Shown here: positions 1 to 6,994 of the stretch, piece after piece
How the letters are laid out: each line of letters opens with the position of its first letter
Position numbering within the stretch: position 1 is the first letter of the stretch
Assembly (NCBI GenBank): GCA_964498325.1
Contig: CAZCHF010000002.1
Location: 76,931 to 140,930, forward strand
DNA: 64,000 nucleotides
Source of the DNA: an uncultured Candidatus Kuenenia sp.
GTDB lineage: Bacteria > Planctomycetota > Planctomycetia > Pirellulales > UBA1268
Direction of reading: 5' to 3'
Notes under the pieces: model-generated
Told to the model about the DNA's origin: nothing
Seen by the model: only the letters and a program-made list of their open reading frames with translations
Database searches by the model: none
Made by a program: the position numbers and the translations under genes

Positions 1-482
1 TGCCAGCGGTCCTCGCCCTGGTCGCCGGCGGCTTTCTGGTGGTCCAGGGGCTTCTCGCCACAGGCATCATCAAGAAGCGAGGCGTCAGTGGCGGCATGGC
101 CTGTCCAGGGGCATCCGCGTTCAAGGCTCTGCTCGGTGGTCGATCCACGACCGACGTGTTTCTCGCCGGGCTGTTCACGGGCCTTCTGCCGTGTGGCCTG
201 CTCTATGGCATGCTCGCGCTGGCTGGGAGCACGGGCGACGTCGTCACAGGCCTGGGCATCATGGCCGTCTTTGGTCTCGGAACGGTACCAGGGATGGTGG
301 CCACGGGCGTGGGAGGTTCGCTCGTCGGGCTGGCAGCGCGAAAGCGAATGCATTCAATCGCCGCCTGGTGCCTGGTCGTGACCGGCTGCGTGTCGATCGC
401 CCGCGGTGCAAGCGGCCTGTCGTTCTCGGAAAAACCCGCAGCCGGGTGCCCGTTCTGCGAGCCGGCTACACAGGTCCCTTGA
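1..482 (+). CDS. Integral membrane protein, DsbD_2 / TauE-SafE-like (3' part; 5' end lies off-window)
   Basis: Reading frame is open from the window edge (codons from nt 3). Translation is TM-rich (LFTGLLPCGLLYGMLALAGS...GLGTVPGM) and ends with a CPFC motif. Family assignment is from memory of similar proteins. Confidence 0.6.
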   Translation, partial: PAVLALVAGGFLVVQGLLATGIIKKRGVSGGMACPGASAFKALLGGRSTTDVFLAGLFTGLLPCGLLYGMLALAGSTGDVVTGLGIMAVFGLGTVPGMVATGVGGSLVGLAARKRMHSIAAWCLVVTGCVSIARGASGLSFSEKPAAGCPFCEPATQVP

Positions 483-870
483 TCGTGAGCACGGCCGCGG
501 CGAGTCCGCCGCCGACCGCGAGCAGAAGGCCGATCAAAAGACCGACGCCATAAATCGTCTGGAGGCCGTCATCGACGCGGGCACCACGCCCTCTGAGGCG
601 ACTGGCAATCACGTTACAGACCCACGACCAGTGCAGCATCACGTGGACGAGGATGCCAAGGGCCAGCACGGCGAGCAGGGCAAACTGAATACCTCCCCAC
701 GCGTCGTAATCCAGCCCCCAGAGCATCCAGCCGTCGGCTGCGGGGCCCGGCGGGAAGATGAATCGAACGACCACGGCGGCGAAGCAGAGAGCCGTGAATG
801 TGATCAAGAGGGCCGTGTCGAGGAGCAGGTTGATCCAGCTCCACGACCAGCCTTTCACACTTTCAGCCAT
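466..870 (-). CDS. Small polytopic membrane protein (DUF4405-like)
   Basis: Start trimmed to the internal ATG (MAESVKGW...) at 870, which overlaps the upstream gene's stop by 8 nt. Three to four hydrophobic helices and several conserved-looking His/Trp residues. Confidence 0.5.
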   Translation of the reverse strand: MAESVKGWSWSWINLLLDTALLITFTALCFAAVVVRFIFPPGPAADGWMLWGLDYDAWGGIQFALLAVLALGILVHVMLHWSWVCNVIASRLRGRGARVDDGLQTIYGVGLLIGLLLAVGGGLAAAVLTIKGPV

Positions 871-1306
871 ACCGCACCAGAAGCACTCCTCCGACGACGA
901 GCATCCCACCTGCGAGCCGTCCAAACGTCATGCCTTGCTGCGGCACGTTCATGAGCCCGTAGTTGTCGAGCAGGAGTGAGAACAGGACCTGCCCGCCAAT
1001 CACGGCCGTGATATAGGTCGCGGCGCCGAGCCGAGGGGTGAGAGCGGCGCCGGCCAGTACGAACAGTGCCCCGAGCGGTCCGCCGATCCACATCCACCAT
1101 GGGGCCGTGCGAACGGCGGCGATCGAGGGCATCACAGGCCGGATGGCAAGCATGAACAGCGTTGCCGTAAGCATGGTCCCGCAGATTGAGAAAAATGCGG
1201 CATAACGAGCATCACCGAGCTGGTGACGCAGGGCGCCGTTGGCGGCGGCTTGCAAGGCGATGCACCCGCCCGCAGCCGCGGCCAGAGCGAGCAAGGATGT
1301 ACTCAT
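863..1306 (-). CDS. DMT-superfamily membrane protein (DUF606 / YdcZ-like)
   Basis: Start trimmed to ATG at 1306 (MSTSLLALAAAAGG...). The track's N-terminal extension is non-hydrophobic and runs into an AT-rich promoter region. About 5 TM helices, Gly/Ala-rich, ends ...GGVLLVRYG. Confidence 0.6.
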   Translation of the reverse strand: MSTSLLALAAAAGGCIALQAAANGALRHQLGDARYAAFFSICGTMLTATLFMLAIRPVMPSIAAVRTAPWWMWIGGPLGALFVLAGAALTPRLGAATYITAVIGGQVLFSLLLDNYGLMNVPQQGMTFGRLAGGMLVVGGVLLVRYG

Positions 1307-1397
1307 GGATGAGATCGGCATGAACGAGAGGAACTCCCCCAAGGTGGGTATGTCACGAGTGACTTGTTCGCACGTGACACAAAATAAACGGTGTGGG

Positions 1398-1424
1398 TTG
1401 TGATGGTAACATGTCGTGTATAAT
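1398..1424 (+). promoter_or_regulatory. Candidate sigma70-like promoter (TTGTGA, ~15 nt spacer, TG-extended TATAAT)
   Basis: TTGTGA at 1398-1403 and TGTATAAT ending at 1424, inside a locally AT-rich stretch ~65 nt upstream of the 1489 ATG. An inverted repeat TGTCACG...CGTGACA lies just upstream (about 1350-1380). The spacer is short, so this is tentative. Confidence 0.3.
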
Positions 1425-1488
1425 CCATCGGTTGTTATAGGGTCGTGTTCCACACGCCATTCACCGTTTTCCTGGAGATTGATACCCG

Positions 1489-1869
1489 ATGGCCGAAACG
1501 AAGAGCTCGAAGGACGTGAACAAGTCGGATGAAATCCGCAAAGTAGCCACGACGATGAAGAACAAGGGCGAAAAGCCGCGCCCGGTCACGATCATCGAGG
1601 TCCTTCGCAAGCAGGGTGTCGAGGTCTCCTCGCCCCAGGTGAGCATGGTCCTCAAGAAGATGGGCTTCCGCCCGCGTCGCCGTCGCAAGACCGGTGGTGC
1701 CGAGAAGGCCGTTGCCAAGGGAGCTGCCAAGGCGGCCGTTCGCGTCAAGAAAGCGTCGAATATCACGCTCGAAGACCTCATGGAGGCCAAGAAGGTCGTC
1801 GGCAGCCTCGGCGGCGTCGACAAGGCCCTGGCCACCCTCGAGGCTCTCCGCAAGTTCGAAAATTCCTGA
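1489..1869 (+). CDS. Small lysine-rich basic protein, function unknown (possible DNA-binding / nucleoid-associated)
   Basis: 126 aa, very K/R-rich. Contains an RPRRRRK block and an H1-like AEKAVAKGAAKAAVRVKK stretch. Clear ATG, with the candidate promoter upstream. Confidence 0.6.
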   Translation: MAETKSSKDVNKSDEIRKVATTMKNKGEKPRPVTIIEVLRKQGVEVSSPQVSMVLKKMGFRPRRRRKTGGAEKAVAKGAAKAAVRVKKASNITLEDLMEAKKVVGSLGGVDKALATLEALRKFENS

Positions 1870-1952
1870 TCGATCGTTGCCTGGACGCCGACTGGCGGGC
1901 CGCCTAGCCTTTAAGGGCTGGTCGTACCGCCAGCCGGCCCAGGAGCGTCTCC

Positions 1953-3197
1953 ATGATTCGTCAGGCTGATCCAGATGTCGTCGTCATCGGTGGCGGACCC
2001 TCCGGAGCCACCGTTGCCACGCTTGTGGCCGAGCGCGGCCATTCGGTCACGTTGTTTGAGCGGGATCGGTTTCCGCGTTATCACGTGGGCGAGTCGCTCA
2101 TCCCCGAAACGTTCTGGGTTCTCGATCGTCTCGGCATCTTGCCAACCATGCGCGAGAGCCAGTTTGTCGAAAAGCACAGCGTTCAATTCGTGTCGGACGA
2201 AGGGAAGCTTTCGGCCCCCTTTTACTTCGCCGATTACAAGGACCACGAAAGTTCGCGCACCTGGCAGGTGACTCGTCAGGACTTCGATCAGCTCCTGCTC
2301 GACAATGCCCGATCGAAGGGAGTGCATGTCGAGGAAGGAGTGCGGGTTCTCGAAGTCTTGCTGAACGAGTCCGGCCGAGCGACCGGTGTACGGGTGGTCG
2401 ACGAATCAGGGATCGAACGAACGGTTCGGTGCAAGGTGGTCGTCGATGCCGCGGGCCAAAGTGGGCTGCTGCTCGATCGGCTGAAACTGCGGGCGTGGGA
2501 TCCCGACCTCAAGAAGGCGGCCATCTGGACCTACTGGAAGGGCGCGGCACGGGAATGCGGTCGTGATGCCGGTGCCACCCTCGTGCTCCAGACCGAAGGC
2601 AAGAAAGGCTGGTTTTGGTACATCCCCCTCGCGGACGACATCACGAGCATCGGCGTCGTGGCTGATTTCTCGCACCTCTTCCAGGGGCGCGAGTCGAAAG
2701 ATCCTGAGGTGATCTACGCGGAAGAAGTCGCGCGGTGCCCGGGACTCATCCCGCGGCTCGAGGGAGCGACGCGTGTCGAGCCGTTTCGGGTGGCGAAGGA
2801 ATATTCCTACCGATCCAAACAGGTCGCCGGTGACGGCTGGGTACTCGTGGGGGACGCGCTTGGGTTTCTCGATCCGCTCTACTCGTCGGGCATTCTGCTC
2901 GCGCTCAAGAGCGGTGCTCTCGCCGCGGATGCCATCGCCGACTCCCTGGATCAGGGAGACACGTCGGCTGCCGCGCTTGGCGCCTGGGGGCCTGGCTATC
3001 TCACCGGCATGGACCGAATGAAAAAGCTCGTGCGGGCGTTTTACGACGGCCTGAACTTCGGCAATGTGGTGCGGCGGCACGCCGAAGCCAAGTCGTTGAT
3101 TACCGACATCCTCATCGGCGACCTCTTCACCGACCGCATCGACACGCTCTGGCCGCTGTTGGCCGAGCCAGAGGGCGTGTCCGCGGCCCAGTCGTGA
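1953..3197 (+). CDS. FAD-dependent oxidoreductase, flavin-dependent-halogenase-like
   Basis: N-terminal GxGxxG (VVVIGGGPSGA), FPRYHVGESLIPE, and a W-x-W-x-I-P motif (GWFWYIPL, about nt 2607-2630). Confidence 0.8.
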   Translation: MIRQADPDVVVIGGGPSGATVATLVAERGHSVTLFERDRFPRYHVGESLIPETFWVLDRLGILPTMRESQFVEKHSVQFVSDEGKLSAPFYFADYKDHESSRTWQVTRQDFDQLLLDNARSKGVHVEEGVRVLEVLLNESGRATGVRVVDESGIERTVRCKVVVDAAGQSGLLLDRLKLRAWDPDLKKAAIWTYWKGAARECGRDAGATLVLQTEGKKGWFWYIPLADDITSIGVVADFSHLFQGRESKDPEVIYAEEVARCPGLIPRLEGATRVEPFRVAKEYSYRSKQVAGDGWVLVGDALGFLDPLYSSGILLALKSGALAADAIADSLDQGDTSAAALGAWGPGYLTGMDRMKKLVRAFYDGLNFGNVVRRHAEAKSLITDILIGDLFTDRIDTLWPLLAEPEGVSAAQS

Positions 3198-3237
3198 CCG
3201 TTCGCAACCCGTGGAACAACACCACGCGTGCCACATG

Positions 3238-3263
3238 GGAAATGGCCATGGATGGCATTTTCC
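3238..3263. terminator. Hairpin between convergent genes (possible bidirectional terminator)
   Basis: GGAAATGGCCA-tgga-TGGCATTTTCC: ~11-bp stem with one bulge, T-run on the + side. Lies between the stops at 3197 (+) and 3272 (-). Confidence 0.35.
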
Positions 3264-3271
3264 ATCGACAT

Positions 3272-4675
3272 TCAGCCCTTCCATTCGACGCCGAGGATCG
3301 TGATGTCGTCGAGCGGGCCGTTCGGTTGGCACCAGGTCTCGACCTCGTGCAGGAGCCCGGCCACGCTCGGGGCCAGCGGACCGCCACGGGTGCCGTCGAG
3401 GAGCGCCGCCATGCGCTCTTCACCGTAAGCCTCGCGGTCTTTGTCCATCGCTTCGGGCACGCCGTCGGAATACAAGTAAATCCGATCACCGGGCAGGAGC
3501 GTGAGTGAACGCTGTTCGTATTCGACTTCCGGCACGAACGCGATCGGAAACCCCTCCGCTCCATGAAACTCCGGCGGCCCCCCCGCTACGGGAATCCGCA
3601 CGAGGGCCGGATGGCCTCCTGAGACGTAGTCGAGCCGACCGCTTGGCACGTGGAGCACGCCGTAAAGAATCGTGAAGTAAAGCCCGGAGAACTCATCGGC
3701 TTGAAAGAGCCGATTGAGCTGCGTGGCGACCTCAGCCGGCGACGCCACAACCACGCGGCCATCCTGCCCTGGCCGAACGAGAATCGACGAGTCGGACACC
3801 TTCGGCGTCAGAAAGCGACCGACCGTCACCGCCATGAGTGATGATGGAACGCCGTGGCCGCTCACATCGACGACGAAAAGTCCGACGCGCTCCTCATCGA
3901 GTTGAAAAATGTTCAGAAAATCGCCGGCAAGCCCCTGGCAGGGGACGTACCGCCAGGCGATGTCAAGCGACGAAAGCGTCACGTCGTCGGCAGGAAGCAA
4001 CGATCGCTGCACCTTCGCCGCCGCCTCGAGATCGCGAACCATGTGGGCGTTGATCCGCGAGATCTCGGCGTTGAGCGTGACCAATTCCTTGTTGGATCGC
4101 TCGAGGCTGTCGCGGGCCACCGACAGCTCCTGGTTGGCGACCACAAGCTCCTTGTTTTTGGTGACGGCGTTTTCGAACGTCGAGACGAGGAGATTCAGGA
4201 CTTGCTGACGGCCAGCCTTGACCTTGAAGGTTTGCCCAGCGAGCGAGACCTCGAGCGTCGTGCTTGCCGACTCGTCTTCGTCGCCGAGGGGCGTGGCGAG
4301 CAGGGCGGCCATGCGGCCGAGAAGATAGTCAGGCTCGTAGGGCTTCGTGACGTAGTTGTCGGCGCCCGCGTCGAGACCGCGGATGATGTCGACGGGATCG
4401 GAGAGCGTGGAGAGCAGGATGAACGGCACGCTTCGAAGCGCCGGATCCGACTTCACCGCCTTGCAAAAATCGTAGCCCGTCGCCACCGGCATCTCGATAT
4501 CCGAGATGATGATGTCCGGCCGGCGCTCGCGGGCCATGTCGAGGGCGAGGGAACCGTTTTCCGCCCAGCGGACGGCGTGACCGGCGTCCGTAAGCCGCTT
4601 CTGCAGGATCTTCGCCTGCATCCGGCTGTCCTCAGCTATGAGGACATCGACGCCGCCGATCGCCGGGTCAGCCAC
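3272..4675 (-). CDS. Response-regulator receiver domain fused to PP2C/SpoIIE-type serine phosphatase (RsbU-like)
   Basis: N-terminal REC domain (DVLIAEDS...PDIIISDIEMP...K), a coiled-coil linker, and a C-terminal SpoIIE-like region (GDFLNIF...VVDVSGHGVPSSL...LYSDGVPEA...DDITILGV). Confidence 0.85.
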   Translation of the reverse strand: MADPAIGGVDVLIAEDSRMQAKILQKRLTDAGHAVRWAENGSLALDMARERRPDIIISDIEMPVATGYDFCKAVKSDPALRSVPFILLSTLSDPVDIIRGLDAGADNYVTKPYEPDYLLGRMAALLATPLGDEDESASTTLEVSLAGQTFKVKAGRQQVLNLLVSTFENAVTKNKELVVANQELSVARDSLERSNKELVTLNAEISRINAHMVRDLEAAAKVQRSLLPADDVTLSSLDIAWRYVPCQGLAGDFLNIFQLDEERVGLFVVDVSGHGVPSSLMAVTVGRFLTPKVSDSSILVRPGQDGRVVVASPAEVATQLNRLFQADEFSGLYFTILYGVLHVPSGRLDYVSGGHPALVRIPVAGGPPEFHGAEGFPIAFVPEVEYEQRSLTLLPGDRIYLYSDGVPEAMDKDREAYGEERMAALLDGTRGGPLAPSVAGLLHEVETWCQPNGPLDDITILGVEWKG

Positions 4676-4690
4676 GCGGGTGCCTCGCGA

Positions 4691-5047
4691 TCAGGTGAAC
4701 GTCGCCAGAGCGGCGGGCGCGTCTTTGTGGATGCTGAAGAGCTTGTCGAGGTTCGTCAGTTTGAAGACCTGGAAGATCGCCGGCTTGATGCCGCACATCC
4801 GCAGCCTGCCCTTCCCGCCGACGACCTTGCGGTGGAGCTGCCCCAACAGCCCGAGCATGGCACTCGACATGAAGTCGACCTCGGAGAAATCAAGCAGCAC
4901 GTCGGGGCCCGAGGCCTTCCCCAGGAACTGATTGACCTCGGACCGGATCTCGTCGAGCACCGTGTCGTCGAGGATCTTCTTGTCTTTGAAGAGGATCATG
5001 AAGATTTCCCCCTTCTTGCCGGTTTGGATCCTGCGAAACTGGTCCAT
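4691..5047 (-). CDS. STAS-domain protein (anti-sigma-factor antagonist-like)
   Basis: Start trimmed to MDQFRR at 5047. STAS-like pattern (LLDFSEVDFMSSAMLGLLGQL...LRMCGIKPAIFQVFKLTNLDKLF). Lies immediately upstream of the PP2C gene on the same strand. Confidence 0.75.
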   Translation of the reverse strand: MDQFRRIQTGKKGEIFMILFKDKKILDDTVLDEIRSEVNQFLGKASGPDVLLDFSEVDFMSSAMLGLLGQLHRKVVGGKGRLRMCGIKPAIFQVFKLTNLDKLFSIHKDAPAALATFT

Positions 5048-5328
5048 GGGTGTCCTCGGGAAGCGTGCAAGCGGCCGCCGGTTCTGCGGCACTTCGGAAA
5101 GTTTTCATGATCGTAACGGGTCTCCTATCCCCCCGCCACCGCCCTGAGGCCAGCCTCGTCAGGGCCGGATTTTCCCCCCGGTTTGCCCGGTTCATCGTGC
5201 GCCCCCGGGGAACCTAACGATTTTCATGATTCTCCCGAGATTCGCCGATGGTCTGATCGGAGGGGGCGTACCGGTTGTAGCGGTGCGACCTGGCGGCTCG
5301 GGGGCCGCAGTCAGGGGGGAGAGTCGCC

Positions 5329-6534
5329 ATGACCATTCGTTTGGGCCACGTCATGTTGCTGGTCGGTCTATTGGTGCTCCGGGGCGCCACGACCGTTCGC
5401 GCCGACAATGAGGCCGACGTCGAACTCCCAGAGATTGAAATTTTGAGCCCGGGCGACGCCACTCCCGAAGAAGTGGAGCCCGGGGAAGAACTGTCGGACG
5501 ATACGGCCTGGTCGGACGGACTGAGTCCTGATGGAGCGGTGTTCGCGGCGCCAAAGGCTTGCCGCCACGGGTGTCGGAAGCGGTGCCAGTGCTCGTCGGT
5601 GACAACGTTCGACCTGCTTTTTCTCGAGCGCACCAACGATACCAACGGCCAACCGGTCGTCCTCTACGGTCCTCTCGCGCCCACTCCGGGCAACACTGTC
5701 ATGACCACGCGGGGCATGGTGTTCGAAACGACGCCGGGCATGCGGCTTTTCCATTCCAAACGCGACTGTCACGGTGACGGTTGGGAGATCGGCTACTGGG
5801 GCGTTTTTGGGATGGACGCCGCGAACAGGGCCGACTTCGGCGACGGCCTGGCCGTTCCCGGCGATCTTGGTCTGGCTGTCCCCGGCTGGCAGACGGCCAA
5901 TGCAATCCAGGCCGGTTACACGTCCTCCGTAAACGTCGCCGAGATGAACTTCTTCTTGGCCGACTCGTGGTCGACCACGACCTGCAACCCCAAGGATCCG
6001 TGCCACCGGGTCCATCGCACGACCACCGTTGACTGGCTCGGCGGCCTCTTCTGGGCCGGCGTCGACGAGACGGCTTTCCTGCGCGTCACGACCGATCCGA
6101 GCGTGCCGACGACCGCCTACCGCACGGCAGCCAGCTCGAACATGCTTGGTGTGCAAACGGGCGTCCGTGCCCGCCGGCAGTGGGACGTCTGGGCACTCGA
6201 AGGATTCCTGAAGGTGGGCCTCGGCGGCTCCTGGCTCCACCAGTCGACAAGCCCGATCACGTCCGGCCTCGTGCCAGGTTTTGAATACCGAATGGGACGC
6301 GAGGCCGAAACCACCAACACCGGCTTCCTCTCGAGCATGAACGTCACGGCCGTACGGTCCTTCGGCGAGCACTGGTCGCTTCGTGTCGGTTACAACCTCG
6401 CCTGGCTCAGCGGCCTGGCCCTCGCCCCGAACCAGTTCGACTTCACCGATACCGCCACGAGCGGCACGGGCATCAACGGTGCCGGCAGCTTGTTCTTGTT
6501 TGGTGCGAACTTGGGTTTGGAACGCACGTGGTAG
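5329..6534 (+). CDS. Outer-membrane beta-barrel protein (BBP7-like)
   Basis: Signal peptide (LLVGLLVLRGATTVRA), alternating beta-strand-like segments, C-terminal ...GANLGLERTW with a terminal aromatic residue. GGGGAGAG lies ahead of the ATG. Confidence 0.65.
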   Translation: MTIRLGHVMLLVGLLVLRGATTVRADNEADVELPEIEILSPGDATPEEVEPGEELSDDTAWSDGLSPDGAVFAAPKACRHGCRKRCQCSSVTTFDLLFLERTNDTNGQPVVLYGPLAPTPGNTVMTTRGMVFETTPGMRLFHSKRDCHGDGWEIGYWGVFGMDAANRADFGDGLAVPGDLGLAVPGWQTANAIQAGYTSSVNVAEMNFFLADSWSTTTCNPKDPCHRVHRTTTVDWLGGLFWAGVDETAFLRVTTDPSVPTTAYRTAASSNMLGVQTGVRARRQWDVWALEGFLKVGLGGSWLHQSTSPITSGLVPGFEYRMGREAETTNTGFLSSMNVTAVRSFGEHWSLRVGYNLAWLSGLALAPNQFDFTDTATSGTGINGAGSLFLFGANLGLERTW

Positions 6535-6569
6535 CTCCGTGCTTCATGCTCTTGCGGCATGGAACGCGT

Positions 6570-6709
6570 GCTCCGGGCGACCCGTGTCATGTCGCGGGAC
6601 GCTTGCGGTGGCCATCGTGGCCACCGCTGCGCTCGGAGAAATCTTCGCTTCGCCCTCCAGGCTTCGCTCAGCTTTCTACGCCCGCTCCATGACACGGGTC
6701 GCCCGGAGC
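6570..6709 (+). repeat. Palindrome-ended intergenic repeat element, copy 1
   Basis: Perfect 22-bp terminal inverted repeats (GCTCCGGGCGACCCGTGTCATG / CATGACACGGGTCGCCCGGAGC). Inner hairpin GGTGGCCA-tcg-TGGCCACC. Conserved core ...CTCGGAGAAATCTTCGCTTCGCCCTCCAGGCTTCGCTC... Confidence 0.9.
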
Positions 6710-6777
6710 CTAGGGTTTGGCAGAGGATGTGAACCTGTCTACCTGTCTTCTGAATGACGAGGGGACTGCTCGGGGCT

Positions 6778-6908
6778 GTGGGTGTTGCTGAGCCGGCGTG
6801 GGAGACCAGCGCAGCCCGGAGGGCGGAGTGCCAGTCTCCCCCGAGTGAGCGAAGGCCATGGATGGCCGTAGCGAACGTCCGGCGAAGCGACACCCACAGC
6901 CCCGAGCC
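6778..6908 (-). repeat. Diverged member of the same repeat family, opposite orientation
   Basis: 18-bp perfect terminal inverted repeats (GCTCGGGGCTGTGGGTGT / ACACCCACAGCCCCGAGC). Inner hairpin GGCCAT-cc-ATGGCC. The reverse complement aligns by eye with the copy-1 core (...CGCCCTCC.GG.T.CGCT...). Confidence 0.7.
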
Positions 6909-6994
6909 TTCAGCGTGACAGCGTCACAAAACAGCGAGGGCCGGGTGATTGCTCACCCGGCCCTCGGTTTGAAACGCGTCAGAAGAAATGAAGC

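Noticed and set aside
5102-5230. Two copies of TTTTCATGAT (5102-5111 and 5221-5230), each near a TAACG, in the divergent intergenic region between the STAS gene and the BBP7-like gene.
   Set aside because: A 10-nt match twice within 280 nt could be an operator pair, but it is short, contains a trivial TCATGA palindrome, and has no supporting evidence. I treat it as possibly chance.
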